Source: a bacterium
GTDB lineage: Bacteria; Electryoneota; Electryoneia; Electryoneales; Electryoneaceae
NCBI GenBank assembly: GCA_963669175.1
Contig: OY769902.1
Location: 320,001-384,000, forward strand
Direction of reading: 5' to 3'
DNA length: 64,000 bases
Of this stretch, positions 1 to 10,904 are shown one piece after another. Both the position numbers and the translations under genes were made by a program. Under the pieces are notes generated by a model, which worked only from the letters and a program-made list of their open reading frames with translations, was not told the origin of the DNA and did no database searches. The stretch's first letter is position 1; the number at the start of each line of letters is the position of its first letter.

Positions 1-2405
1 GTCCAGCTTGCAGCTTGCAGCGAAATCTTATGATGTCCGGCATGCATCGGCTGGTTCACGAGGGTTGCTACACGTTGTCCCAATACGTTGAAAACGGACA
101 AGCGCAATGTGCCTTCTGAAGGCAGCGCAACAACCAGGCTTGTGGTTGAGTTAAACGGGTTCGGATAAATGGTCTCTATGGCAAAGTCAGTCGGCAGGCT
201 ACCAGTGTCCCAATCATCAACCGCCCCACCATCCCAATCGATGGTAAGCGAATCAAGTCCTTCTGCAATGACTTCTTCATCATCGATGTCGTAAACCGCG
301 GATACTGTGTAGAGATACGTTCCGGCTGTCGGCATGGTATCGGTCAATGTGGAATCCGTAGCTGTGCCGATTTCCTCGCCGTTGCGATAGACGACAAATT
401 CAATGAATTCATCCAACTCGTTATCCGGGCCGATTTCGGCCAGGACTTCATCACCGTAATCCACGATAGCGCGGATCATGACAGTTGTACCAAAAGCTGT
501 CCAGCCACCACCTGTATCGAAATACGCCCTGTCATTATTTGCACCGGCGTTGTACCCGATACCGACATCAGCGGAAAGCATGCTCATGACAGCCATAAAA
601 TCTCCCTCGACTGCCACGGGTGTGTCGAGCGTGACTTCAATCCATCCTTCATTCACGGACGTAGCTGTCTGGGAAACCAATTCCGTTGTTCCCGGAGCGC
701 CATCATCCCAGTTGTACACCGTCGCGTTGAAGGTATTATCATTGCCACTGGGCAGGGTGAAATACTTCAACCCAATCACATCACATGGCCCGGTCGGCGA
801 CATCTTCACCCCCACCAGGGTGCCATTCCCGTTGGCATAATACCCGGTAACATTCCCATTGTCATAGGACAGTTCATCAACCCCGCTACCGCCTGATGCA
901 TGCCGTGACCAGATCAGGTCCACGATACCCAGGGCAGAGTCAATTTCCGCGCCAAGGTTGTATGGCGGCAATACCATCTCCACCCAGAATGTCCACACAC
1001 CGGCGCTCCAGCGACCATTGGTGTTCGTGTCACATGCGCGAACTTTCCAGAAATACAACGAACCGTCAATCAGGTTGGAAACCGTCAGACATGTCGTGTC
1101 TACCTGGGCGCTGTCAACATTTTCCGAGAAACTGGAATTCGTTGCCCACCAGACCATGTAGTGTGTCAAAGAATCGCCATCATCCGGATCGGTGGTCGCC
1201 TGCCAGACCAGGATGGTATCCGTGCCCGTAACCGTGCATCCGATTCTGGGGCTCATCAGGTTAAAGGTGTTTGGCGGACGCCAGCCGGAATCCAGGTCAC
1301 TTTCCAACCAGACAATCTGGTTACCCCGTCGGGCCGCGCACATGATATCCAGATCGCCATCCAAATCCATATCAACAGCCTCGACACAACGAAGACCATC
1401 AAGGGTTCCCGGAATCTGGTGCGCAACCCATTCCTCTTCGCCCCCTTCCCACCAGATCGCAAAATCTCCGTCCCAGGCAGCCGCAATCACGTCCAGATCA
1501 CCATCCAGGTCTAAATCTGCCGCATCGATTCCGTATGCTCCTGTCACTCCCGTCGCAATAGAATGCTCAGTGAAGTTGGCTTCACCATCATTCTCATACC
1601 ATTGGGCTTCTCCGGCCGTATAGTTGGCCGCGATGATGTCGATGTCGCCATCCCCGTCCAGGTCAACTGTCTTGGTCGTCTTCTGGTCCAGGCTGTTATT
1701 CTGATCAATGATCGTTTCAGTGAAACCACCTTCACCGTCATTCTCATACCAGGAGATGATACCATTGGGGCTTGTGCCGCCGGCGCCGATGATATCCAGG
1801 TCGTCATCACCATCCACATCACCATACCAGGCAAACCGCACTCCCGTATGCGCATCTGTTACTACCAGAGGAGTGAAATTCTCGTCTCCGTCATTGACGT
1901 AAATCTTGATCGTGTCTGTGTTCTTGGCGCAGGCCAGCAAATCCAGGTCATCATCCCCGTCATACTGGAAGGCGGTAATCATTTGCGCGCCATCCATTTC
2001 GCTGTCCAGAAGATGATAGGTGAACACTTCGCTCCCATTGTTATCCCACCAGGCTACCATATCTCCATCTTCCGCAGCGCCCAGCACGTCGAGATCACCA
2101 TCGCCATCCACGTCGACCAGTTCCACATACCACGCGCCGTTAAAGTCATTATGGATAATGTGCTCGGTGAATTCCATATCGCCGTCATTCTCATACCAGC
2201 ACACATCGTCATCTTCAAAGGCGCAACCAATAAAATCAATGTCGCCATCACCGTCTATATCGGCGGCATCAACCCAGTCTGCTCCCATAAAACTGGACAC
2301 AAGAATATTGGCAGTGAAATCAGGTTGTGCCTGAAGAATACCGAAAAGAGCAACCACAGAAATAACAGCAAAAACAAACCGAACAGCATGACCCCTGGCA
2401 AACAT
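1..2405 (-). CDS. Secreted FG-GAP/VCBS-repeat beta-propeller protein with C-terminal sorting-type (T9SS-A/FlgD-like) domain; 3' end runs off the window
   Basis: Not in the ORF track (no stop in the window). ATG at 2405 follows GGAGG. It reads MFARGHAVRFVFAVISVVALFGILQAQPDF..., then repeated DxDGDGDxD...WYENDG units, and ends ...IYPNPFNSTTSLVVALPSEGTLRLSVFNVLGQRV... Confidence 0.88.
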   Translation of the reverse strand, partial: MFARGHAVRFVFAVISVVALFGILQAQPDFTANILVSSFMGADWVDAADIDGDGDIDFIGCAFEDDDVCWYENDGDMEFTEHIIHNDFNGAWYVELVDVDGDGDLDVLGAAEDGDMVAWWDNNGSEVFTYHLLDSEMDGAQMITAFQYDGDDDLDLLACAKNTDTIKIYVNDGDENFTPLVVTDAHTGVRFAWYGDVDGDDDLDIIGAGGTSPNGIISWYENDGEGGFTETIIDQNNSLDQKTTKTVDLDGDGDIDIIAANYTAGEAQWYENDGEANFTEHSIATGVTGAYGIDAADLDLDGDLDVIAAAWDGDFAIWWEGGEEEWVAHQIPGTLDGLRCVEAVDMDLDGDLDIMCAARRGNQIVWLESDLDSGWRPPNTFNLMSPRIGCTVTGTDTILVWQATTDPDDGDSLTHYMVWWATNSSFSENVDSAQVDTTCLTVSNLIDGSLYFWKVRACDTNTNGRWSAGVWTFWVEMVLPPYNLGAEIDSALGIVDLIWSRHASGGSGVDELSYDNGNVTGYYANGNGTLVGVKMSPTGPCDVIGLKYFTLPSGNDNTFNATVYNWDDGAPGTTELVSQTATSVNEGWIEVTLDTPVAVEGDFMAVMSMLSADVGIGYNAGANNDRAYFDTGGGWTAFGTTVMIRAIVDYGDEVLAEIGPDNELDEFIEFVVYRNGEEIGTATDSTLTDTMPTAGTYLYTVSAVYDIDDEEVIAEGLDSLTIDWDGGAVDDWDTGSLPTDFAIETIYPNPFNSTTSLVVALPSEGTLRLSVFNVLGQRVATLVNQPMHAGHHKISLQAASW

Positions 2406-2478
2406 GACACGCCTCCCGAGATGAGGATATGCATTGTTGTAAAATTACCAGCCTTGGCTGGACCGCGTTGTTACTAAA

Positions 2479-5064
2479 CTACCTTACTAAAATAACCTTT
2501 GAAACAGCTTGTGCTCCTGTGCTCTGTGAGATTTTCAAGAAGAACACCCCGGAGGACAGCCCGCCACCCGGTTGCCAGCAGATTTCCCTGTAGCCGGCTT
2601 CCATTTGCGAATACTGACGATGAAACACTTCCCTCCCGGTAATGTCGAACACCTGGAGCTTCACATCGTCCCGAACCGGCAGGGCGAGAGTGACGCGTAC
2701 CATGGAATTGAACGGATTGGGCCATGATGATACGATGTCAAACTGCTCTGGGAGCTCGCTGCTTCGCGTTTGCTGGTCCCCTACGGGCAAGGTTACATGG
2801 GCACGGAAACGTCCGGGCTGAAGGCAGCGAGTCTCCTCTGAGCCCAGCCACGCCGATACTTCCCACTCGGAAGCATACAAGCCTTCTTCCGGCAAGTACT
2901 GCAGTGTGTCTAAAAGGGAAAGTGTAAAGCTGGTATCCTGAAGCCCGTGATACTGGATAGTCTGAGCGTCGTGGTTCCGACCAACTGTGATGTACAGGGA
3001 ATAGGTGAACTCATCATTCGGATCTGCTAACGGCGGTTGATTCCAGCGGAATGTGACCGGCTGGTTGTGGTCCAGCAGCAACGTATCATAATCGGTCGGT
3101 TCCAGCAGGTTGAAAAAGCCAGGCGCTGCATCCCCTGTATACTCCATGGACAAAAGACTGCAAGTCGTAGCCAGCAGCCAGTCATTTTCATCCATAACTG
3201 TACTCACAACAGAAAGCCCGGCGGGCAAATCATAGCTGCCTGTAACTGCCCAGTTCTCCGACTGACTGACCGGACGATGGACAAGAAGATTCGCTCCGGC
3301 ATCCATGGTTATTACGGCAGAACTATTTTGCGCGATCTGGGATATAGGGAACTCTGCCCCCAAATAGTCAATCACACGGGCATACCCGTATTGAGGATAG
3401 GCGTTCATGTCCAGCACAGCCGCCACCCGGCTGTTCGTCTCCGCGATCATCAAACCGGAATTGACCGAGAAATCCCCGATCCGGTATCGGTTGTAAACCA
3501 GACCAAGGGGAGTGATATTCTCCGGGTCACTGATGTCAAACCCATACACACCATCAGCCCGAATGCTGAAATAGGCGATATCTCCATCCACAACAAACCG
3601 CGAATAATCCTCATCAAACCCCATATCCAGTGCATTGCACACACCCAACAACTGCGGTGATTCCGGATCAGTCAGATCGTAGGAAAGCAGCGCATTATTC
3701 CAGGGTTGCAGACTGAGAAACATTACATACAATATGGAGTTTTGGATTTGAGGCTTGAAAAACGTGCCAGAACTGGGATAGGTTACCTGGCCGACAAGAG
3801 CGGGCGTATCGGGTTCAGAAACATCAATAATATACATCACACCTTCATCATTGGTGGCGTAGACTGTGTTGCCTTCTCCTGTTATACCGATAGTATTTCC
3901 GGGGATATCCAGTCTGCCAAGATACACTGGCTGCTCCGGGTCAGCCCTATCGACAATCCAGACACCGTCACAACCATTCGCAATATATACCCGGCGATCC
4001 ATCCCCCAGACATCCTGAATTTGCCCCGTATGCGTTACACGTTCAGTCCAGTATGCTTCTGCCGGGTTTTCGAGGTTCAACTCTTTCAGTCCCAGGCTTT
4101 TCCAGTTACTGTTTACACCAGCGATCACCGTGTTCTGGTAGCCAACCATGGCACGGATATCATACGTACGTGGCAAATCGCATAATCTGTGTGGATGCCT
4201 GGGATCAGCAAACGAGGTTATGCCAATACCATCTGTTGTCTGGTGTATCGCCAGCGTATCGTGAAGGACAATCAAGTTCCTTGTGGATGAACTGGAATAC
4301 GCTGAAAAGGATCCGTCAAAATTCACAGATAAATCATCATTTACTGAATAAATAGATATGATACTTCTGTTTCCTGTATAATAATACAAAATATCATTAA
4401 ACACAAACATATAGCTTACATAGCCTATATCATAGTCAATCCCAAGAACGTTTGGCTGCTCAAGGTCGGATAAATCAATAACACCAACCCTGGAGTTGCG
4501 GCGATAGAACAGGCCATGACGAGCGACCCTGATCGAATTGATAGTCCCATTGACGCCTGTTGTTGATAACAGGTTGATATTCTGGGGGTTGTCCACATTG
4601 TATATCAGAACCTGGCTGCTGTCCGACACTTGACTCATGGTATACATGACAATCAGATGGTCATCATACTTGTTCACTTCGAGAGTCTGGCTTCCCGTAA
4701 ATGGTATCTGGCCAAGGACTTCAGGCTGGGCCGGATCCCCCACATCCACCATGATTACTCCCTCTCCCGGGACCGGCAGATACACAACCGACTGAATTTG
4801 AAGCAGGGTGGTGATATCTCGGTGAAGATCAAGGCTGGCGACTTCAGTAAAACAGGAGGGATCTGCCATATCGTAAATCAGCAGACCACTCCAACCGCTG
4901 GCGATATACATATAGTCGCCATCAGCAAGAATATCGGTGCAGTCATCCCAGTTGATTTTGAGCGTACTGATACAGCTTACATTCAAACTATCCTGCGAAA
5001 AAACTGTACCTGTCGTGAGAACAGAGAGAATGACCAGGATGGGAAGCAAACGGATCGGTTTCAT
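2479..5064 (-). CDS. Secreted LVIVD-repeat protein with C-terminal sorting-type domain
   Basis: Start MKPIRLL at 5064 after GGAGG; signal peptide; LVIVD-like repeats (GLLIYDMADP, GVWIVDRADP, GVYGFDISDP); ends WPNPFN...SSGVFFLKI. Confidence 0.85.
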   Translation of the reverse strand: MKPIRLLPILVILSVLTTGTVFSQDSLNVSCISTLKINWDDCTDILADGDYMYIASGWSGLLIYDMADPSCFTEVASLDLHRDITTLLQIQSVVYLPVPGEGVIMVDVGDPAQPEVLGQIPFTGSQTLEVNKYDDHLIVMYTMSQVSDSSQVLIYNVDNPQNINLLSTTGVNGTINSIRVARHGLFYRRNSRVGVIDLSDLEQPNVLGIDYDIGYVSYMFVFNDILYYYTGNRSIISIYSVNDDLSVNFDGSFSAYSSSSTRNLIVLHDTLAIHQTTDGIGITSFADPRHPHRLCDLPRTYDIRAMVGYQNTVIAGVNSNWKSLGLKELNLENPAEAYWTERVTHTGQIQDVWGMDRRVYIANGCDGVWIVDRADPEQPVYLGRLDIPGNTIGITGEGNTVYATNDEGVMYIIDVSEPDTPALVGQVTYPSSGTFFKPQIQNSILYVMFLSLQPWNNALLSYDLTDPESPQLLGVCNALDMGFDEDYSRFVVDGDIAYFSIRADGVYGFDISDPENITPLGLVYNRYRIGDFSVNSGLMIAETNSRVAAVLDMNAYPQYGYARVIDYLGAEFPISQIAQNSSAVITMDAGANLLVHRPVSQSENWAVTGSYDLPAGLSVVSTVMDENDWLLATTCSLLSMEYTGDAAPGFFNLLEPTDYDTLLLDHNQPVTFRWNQPPLADPNDEFTYSLYITVGRNHDAQTIQYHGLQDTSFTLSLLDTLQYLPEEGLYASEWEVSAWLGSEETRCLQPGRFRAHVTLPVGDQQTRSSELPEQFDIVSSWPNPFNSMVRVTLALPVRDDVKLQVFDITGREVFHRQYSQMEAGYREICWQPGGGLSSGVFFLKISQSTGAQAVSKVILVR

Positions 5065-5198
5065 GAATCCTCCCTTGGCGTGCAGGCAACCGTACGTGAA
5101 ATCAATAAGAGTACAACTTGATACGTATATGAGAGTATACACTCAGAAGAGTGAACAGAAAAGATTTGCTCACGAAAAAGTGCAAAAAAATCAGGCTG

Positions 5199-5514
5199 CT
5201 CACAAGAATTTGTGCATATTATCGACGAGCACGTTTCGTCAGGTCTTGACGTGATGCCTTGTTCTTCTCCGCAATTTCAGACACCTGTCCGACTTCACAG
5301 CTGCTATTTCGCATGATAGATCGTCATCAGGCATCATGTTGTGACCTGACGACAGCGAGAGTGCTGATACCGGTGGCAGGTCATAACGCGACAATAACAG
5401 GACGAGAAGTGGTTTCAGTATCATGTGCATTCAGAAATACATTGCGAAAACCGAAAACAGAATGTCGCGTCAAGACCTGCCACAACATTGCCCTGATGCA
5501 CAAATTCTTGTGAG
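5199..5514. mobile_element. MITE-like element, family A (316 bp)
   Basis: Perfect 19-bp terminal inverted repeats CTCACAAGAATTTGTGCAT (5199-5217) and ATGCACAAATTCTTGTGAG (5496-5514); a diverged inverted copy lies at about 50628-50925. Confidence 0.8.
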
Positions 5515-5663
5515 GAACCAAAAATCATATTCCTTTTGCTGTTTCCGGCTGAAACGGAGCATGTGTTTCCGGCTCGCCGGTTCAGTTCCACGTATTTTCT
5601 GGATAGTTCATTGTACCCGCCTTATATTATCGCTTCAGATCTACTTCAGGAGTTAGATTTCTC

Positions 5664-7163
5664 ATGAAACAAAGACTCGCCCAGCTTGCGTTACCGGCTT
5701 CCCTGAACTACCTGCACGCGGCAGTCGAGTTCATTCGTTCACTCGCGGATACCGTTGGCCTGCAAAAGGATGAGATTGATGACCTTCATCTCGCTTTCGA
5801 AGAGGTGATGGTCAACATCATTCGTCATGGTCTGGAAGAAAATCCTGATGATAGTGTAGAACTGGAGTGTTTACGTCTGCCGACCGGGCTGCAAGTCACG
5901 CTGCGTGACAAGGGAAATCCCTTCGACCCCGATTTGATGCCCCAGTATTCTCCACAGGCGCCTGACGAGAACACCATGGACAGCCTGGGCGCCTACCTCG
6001 CGGAAAAAGTACTCGACGAACTCGAATACCACCATCTTGGCAGGCATGGCAACCTGACCATCCTGGTCAAACATGGCAGAGCCTACCGAATTGACGCGAC
6101 CAATCCTGAGTTGACACAGGAAACATCGTCACCAAAAGAGTTAAAACCTGTTCCGGATAATATCACCATACGTCCCCTGCGTACCAATGAAGCGGTGGAA
6201 GTGTCGCGTACTGCGTATCGCACATATGGCTACACCTATGAACCGTTCATCTATTTCCCGGACCGTGTCGTCCACATGAACCGTACCGGCAAGCTGGATT
6301 CCCTGGTTGCTGTTGACAACGATGGCGTTATCCTCGGCCATATCGCGCTGAAGCATCCCTTCAGCTCGGCACATATCGCCGAAATGGGGGTTACTTTTGT
6401 CAATCCCGATTACGAAAGCGCCCCTATCCTGAACATGCTGGCAAAAGCAGCGCTTGAACTGGCTGAGAACCAGGACTTGCGCGGTGTTTATGCGAAATTA
6501 CCTTGCCAGACTTCTTATAGCATGAGTGGCTTGCTGAAACACGGTTTCCATACTACAGCCCTGCTGGCCGGGCTCTTCCCGGTAGACAGCAAATCTCCTG
6601 AAATCAGCAGGCCGATCACACGCAAGTCTGGTGGCATTCTGCTATACAAACCCCTGGTAACCAAACGTATCCGGCTGCTATTCCCGCCGTGGGATCACAC
6701 CAGACGGTTGCAGAAGATCTATGATGAAAGTGGCATCTCTTTTAAATTCCAGGCCCCGGATGCCCAGTTCAACCCCGACCCCTGGAGCGATACGGTTGTA
6801 AGGTCGGTTACTACACCGTTCTTCAATATCGCCGACATGTACATCGAAAAGGTCGGGGCAAACTGGGAACAGACGATAAGGGTTCACTGGCGTCACCTGC
6901 TGCTGGAGAAGAAGGACGCTATCTATATTCACCTCGACCTGGAGAACCCGGCGACACCCTTCATCTGCAAACGTTGCGAAGACTGGGGATTTGTGTTTGC
7001 GGGAATATTGCCCAACGCGAACAACGGTCATGATGCTCTGGTACTGCAATACATCAACAATGTCCAGCTCGAAATGTGTCACCTGAATACCGATGACGCA
7101 GTCGCGCAGAGCCTGTTCAATGACCTGAAAGAAAACGAGACAATCCGTGAACTCGGCGCTTGA
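5664..7163 (+). CDS. Anti-sigma-factor-type ATPase (HATPase_c_2/RsbW-like) fused to a GNAT-like domain
   Basis: N-terminal LAFEEVMVNIIRHG...LRDKGNPFDP; central GNAT-like segment (ITIRPL...GHIAL...AEMGVTFVNPDY). Confidence 0.75.
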   Translation: MKQRLAQLALPASLNYLHAAVEFIRSLADTVGLQKDEIDDLHLAFEEVMVNIIRHGLEENPDDSVELECLRLPTGLQVTLRDKGNPFDPDLMPQYSPQAPDENTMDSLGAYLAEKVLDELEYHHLGRHGNLTILVKHGRAYRIDATNPELTQETSSPKELKPVPDNITIRPLRTNEAVEVSRTAYRTYGYTYEPFIYFPDRVVHMNRTGKLDSLVAVDNDGVILGHIALKHPFSSAHIAEMGVTFVNPDYESAPILNMLAKAALELAENQDLRGVYAKLPCQTSYSMSGLLKHGFHTTALLAGLFPVDSKSPEISRPITRKSGGILLYKPLVTKRIRLLFPPWDHTRRLQKIYDESGISFKFQAPDAQFNPDPWSDTVVRSVTTPFFNIADMYIEKVGANWEQTIRVHWRHLLLEKKDAIYIHLDLENPATPFICKRCEDWGFVFAGILPNANNGHDALVLQYINNVQLEMCHLNTDDAVAQSLFNDLKENETIRELGA

Positions 7164-7175
7164 GGAATCAGTCCG

Positions 7176-7844
7176 CTAGTTTTCAACATTCGCGCTTGTG
7201 TCGGGCGCTAGCCATCGGAAACTGGAAACGCATGCCATAAACATATCCTGGTAGTTTTCAAAATCACGCTGTAACGCATGTGCGATGATGAAAACCATCT
7301 GCTCCTCTTTCAATAAAACAAATACTCGGGTACGTGTCATCTCACCATAAATGATCTGATCATAGATCAGCCAGAGAACCTGGTCCTCGTTTTGCTGAAA
7401 TTCGCCTTTTTCCACGATTAGTGAGTTATACCGGATCGACTCACCCATTTCAGCAAACATGGAATCAGGGGAAATGCCTGCCGGAAGTTCACGTGAGCTG
7501 ACAGCGATATTGGGGGGGAGATCCTGGATCTGACGAACGTCTTCGAAATCAAAGGAATGCTCCAGTGCTACGATGTCCTGGTTCTCCGGGTATCGTGTCG
7601 TCCAACCGGCCGGAAAAGTGATCTCATAGCCCTCTGTCCGGTTGGAAAAGTACACTCGACCATCTTCCAGGGTTTCTACGCTTACCTCATCCGGTTTTTC
7701 CAGCCATGCCTGCACAGTGTTAAGAATGGTCGGCCCGAACGCGAAGGCGGCAAACACCAGCAATAACCCACCCCAGATCAGGAGGTTTTTTACGGATAAC
7801 GCCTTGGGGTCAGATTTCGGTTCGGGATTGGTGTACAAGCTCAC
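7176..7844 (-). CDS. Membrane-anchored PsbP/DcrB-like domain protein
   Basis: One N-terminal TM helix; GYEITFPAGW motif; C-terminal 'FMACVSSFRW' typical of PsbP-like folds. Confidence 0.55.
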   Translation of the reverse strand: MSLYTNPEPKSDPKALSVKNLLIWGGLLLVFAAFAFGPTILNTVQAWLEKPDEVSVETLEDGRVYFSNRTEGYEITFPAGWTTRYPENQDIVALEHSFDFEDVRQIQDLPPNIAVSSRELPAGISPDSMFAEMGESIRYNSLIVEKGEFQQNEDQVLWLIYDQIIYGEMTRTRVFVLLKEEQMVFIIAHALQRDFENYQDMFMACVSSFRWLAPDTSANVEN

Positions 7845-8089
7845 GCTCTAGTCCTTTTGGTTCTTTGCATCAGCTACAAGGGGACTTCTCTCTTCTTACC
7901 GGATCAATATACATCTGAACTGACCCCACAGAGATATGCCATTCCCGAAATTAAACCGACATCACGCAATCTTCAGGATGACTCACTGAAAGGTCGGCAG
8001 AAAATGGTTGGCAAAAAGGGATTGTAAAAGTATTTTCAGTAAAAAGGGACCGCATAAATTCTGCAGCAAAAGGGACCGTATAAATTCTG

Positions 8090-8318
8090 TAGCAAAAGGG
8101 GACTGTTTCCTTTTCGTCGCGCGGAGATAAAATACTTCGTGACAAAGGGAATCGAAAAGGTGGCTGTACCCTTTTGCCTGTGACGAGGAACAACACTCTA
8201 TTCAGCCCCATGAGATCAGATTCCACCACTGCGAAAAGGGTACAGTTTCCTTTTCCATAAAATCAGCGTAATTGTGCAGTATATGGCGCGGAGAAAAGGA
8301 TCCCGTCCCCTTTTCGTG
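8090..8318 (-). repeat. Four-hairpin palindromic repeat, family C (AAAAGG-loop-CCTTTT units)
   Basis: Inverted copy of the cassette at 24031-24246/25722-25733 and 58560-58751, with hairpins in the same order; preceded by short tandem AAAAGGGAC units from about 8014. Confidence 0.75.
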
Positions 8319-8369
8319 GCAGTTCCTCCCCTGTCACGATGACGGAATATATTCGGGAACAGCTTTTAT

Positions 8370-9188
8370 CTACCCGGCCACCGCCCTCAGCGAATAGGTC
8401 AACGGCAGCTTGCCTTCAAATCCGGGGAGAGTCCAGCGTCCGGTTTCCACCTCTTCCATATTGGGCAGCGCCTTATAAAACGACCAGGGTAATTCGTGCA
8501 GAAATTCAATTCGCAGTCCTGCTTTGACCAGTGCGTTAATCACATCCCCCAGCGACCAGCCCCATTCCCAGGTTTGCGACTTGGGATAAAAGGTTTCATC
8601 GGCATAATCCGGGTCGCCTGATTCGCACAGAAGCGGTTCATTCGAGTGAAAATAAGGCTCGACGATGGCAGGCCTCCCTTTTTCATCCAGGTCAAGCGTG
8701 AACAGGAAAGGATGAATTTCCATTAGGTAGAAAATCCCGCCCGGTTTCAGAAAATGCCGGATAATTTCCGCCCAGCGTTCGATATTGTCCAGCCAGTTCA
8801 GCACCCCACGGCTGGTATAGACAACATCAAATTGTCCATCAAGGTTGAAGGGCAGTTCATACAGGTCAGACTGGATGAAATGAGCTGTCAACGCGGCCCG
8901 CTCCGCCAGTTTTTGAGCCGTCTGAATCGCTTCTTCCGAGAAATCGATCCCGGTAACCGTAGCCCCTTCACGCGCCCAGGAAAGCGTATCCAGCCCGAAG
9001 TGACATTGCAGATGCAACAGGCTTTTCCCGGAAACAGGCCCGATTTCGTCTATTTCCAGTGGATCAAGGGCAGTCCGGCCAGACAGAAACTCCTCCACAC
9101 CGACAAAATGCGTCCCGTAGGATTTTACATGTACGGGCGTCACTTCATTCCACCAACGGAGGTTGTCTTTCCTGTGTTGTTCGTTCAT
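8370..9188 (-). CDS. Class I SAM-dependent methyltransferase
   Basis: LLHLQCHFGLDT motif I variant, VTGIDFS, FDVVYTS, LKPGG. Confidence 0.88.
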   Translation of the reverse strand: MNEQHRKDNLRWWNEVTPVHVKSYGTHFVGVEEFLSGRTALDPLEIDEIGPVSGKSLLHLQCHFGLDTLSWAREGATVTGIDFSEEAIQTAQKLAERAALTAHFIQSDLYELPFNLDGQFDVVYTSRGVLNWLDNIERWAEIIRHFLKPGGIFYLMEIHPFLFTLDLDEKGRPAIVEPYFHSNEPLLCESGDPDYADETFYPKSQTWEWGWSLGDVINALVKAGLRIEFLHELPWSFYKALPNMEEVETGRWTLPGFEGKLPLTYSLRAVAG

Positions 9189-9608
9189 TCTGGTCCCTTT
9201 TTTCCTTCAGCTTCTCCCATCCAATATGCATAATCAGATCGTCTGATATCAAAGCTTGAGGCAATCTAGTGGACCGGATCACATGAATCGATGGATACTG
9301 AGCTGCGCATCATCGTTCAGGACAAGGCGCATTCCTGAAGTCATAGCGGGTTATTTCAAAGGAATGGAACGACGTCATGAACAATGAGGCGCGCTCCCTT
9401 CGGGCTTGTCACGAGGCGGCTGTCTGCTGCGTTTATTTCATTTACAGTAACCCGCTACACCTGCATGAAATCGCCTTGCACCCAACTCGCCCGTGACGAG
9501 CAGAACTCCTCGATTCACGTGATTCGGTCCACTTGCCTGGATCTAAACGGAGCGCGTGTTGTCAGAACAGAGTTGCTATCCCGGTGTAAAGTAAGCACTT
9601 TTTCGTGC

Positions 9609-10904
9609 ATGCGTGCTGAAGACAGACAACCAATCGCCCCATCCGGCGCCTGGAGCGTATTAAAACGGTCCCGTGAAGCCAGAGCCCTGTTCCTGTATGG
9701 CGCCCTTGGTGGTGTTCTGTATGGCGCGATCCAGTTCGCTGAAGTCATCGCACGCAAGTCCCTCGGTGTGTCCGCCCTTGAGATTACCCTCTTCACCATG
9801 ATCATGCCCGTGGTCAGCCTGACATCCATCTGGTGGGGACGCATTCTGATGGGACGTGATCAGCGTGCCCTGATCCTCGTGACCGGTTTCATCGGCATGG
9901 GGGCTTTATTAAGCGGGTACTGGCTGGTTTCCATGATACACTTGTATATCCTGGCGATCCTCTATTTCATGGCTTACGCTATCCAGGCCCCGGCTCAGAA
10001 TCGAGTTTTCCAGCAATACATCCCCTCGAAAGCTACCGGCGGCCTTTTCGGTCTCGGACAGGGTGTCCGCATGGTCTTTGTGGGAGCGACATCCGCTATG
10101 GCCGGGTGGTGGCTGGACAGGGCCGAACAGGGCTGGCAACATGTTTTCCTGATTGCAGGTCTGACGGGTTTTGTATCGATTGTAGCCCTGGGGGTGGTTC
10201 GCACACAAAAACAGCATGATGCGCTTCCGATCCGGTTCAACATTATCCTCGGTCCGCTTCGTGATGCCTGGAGACTCCTGAAACGCAGACCCGATTTCAT
10301 GCGTTTCGAAGGCTCCTTTATGGTGTACGGCGTCGCTTTTATGATGACACTCCCGGTTCTTCCCATTTATCTCGTGGATGACCTGATGCTGGACTATGGG
10401 CAGATCGGCCTTGCTCGCGGCACGGTCTATTCTATCATCATGATTGCTGGCGTTCCCTTGTTCGGACGCTGGTTTGACAAGACGACACCGCACCGGTTCG
10501 GCGCAATCAGCTTTGGCATTTTGACAGGTTTCCCGCTGTTGTTGATCGGCGCTTATTACCTGGAGGGAAGTCCGAAGTTGTTCCTGGTCATTGCCGCCTT
10601 TGTCCTCTTCGGCATCGGGATGAGCGGGGTGATGATACTGTGGAACCTGGGCTCCATGCGTTTTGCCGGGGCCAGGGAGGACGCGGGCCATTACCAGGCG
10701 CTTCATCTCGCGGCTACAGGAATACGTGGCCTCTTCGCCCCCCTGCTTGGCTATGTGGTGATGGAAATGCTGGGCACACGTTTCGCCCTTGCCTGCGCGG
10801 CTGCCATCTGGGCATTATCCGCAGTGTCGATGCTGCTGGCGCGTGTGGTCGATATCCGTTCCGGTATTGCTACACCACTGCGAGCGCTTGACACGGAAGA
10901 ATAA
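9609..10904 (+). CDS. MFS transporter
   Basis: About 12 hydrophobic helices in two halves; probable start ATG 9609 (the ORF track extends to 9384). Confidence 0.8.
   Translation: MRAEDRQPIAPSGAWSVLKRSREARALFLYGALGGVLYGAIQFAEVIARKSLGVSALEITLFTMIMPVVSLTSIWWGRILMGRDQRALILVTGFIGMGALLSGYWLVSMIHLYILAILYFMAYAIQAPAQNRVFQQYIPSKATGGLFGLGQGVRMVFVGATSAMAGWWLDRAEQGWQHVFLIAGLTGFVSIVALGVVRTQKQHDALPIRFNIILGPLRDAWRLLKRRPDFMRFEGSFMVYGVAFMMTLPVLPIYLVDDLMLDYGQIGLARGTVYSIIMIAGVPLFGRWFDKTTPHRFGAISFGILTGFPLLLIGAYYLEGSPKLFLVIAAFVLFGIGMSGVMILWNLGSMRFAGAREDAGHYQALHLAATGIRGLFAPLLGYVVMEMLGTRFALACAAAIWALSAVSMLLARVVDIRSGIATPLRALDTEE

Noticed and set aside
478-2477. Many plus-strand ORFs, including the 304-aa ORF 1563..2477
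   Set aside because: Antisense shadows of the minus-strand FG-GAP gene. The same applies to most short overlapping ORFs in the track.
5259-5656. Similar short ORFs at 5259-5656 and 50484-50888
   Set aside because: The similarity comes from the family A MITE, and reading frames are not conserved between copies.
7951-8229. Small ORFs containing KETVPF, KRVQPPF or RKRKLYPF (also 23914..24150, 58499..58816)
   Set aside because: Translations of the family C palindromes in inconsistent frames and strands, with no coding evidence.
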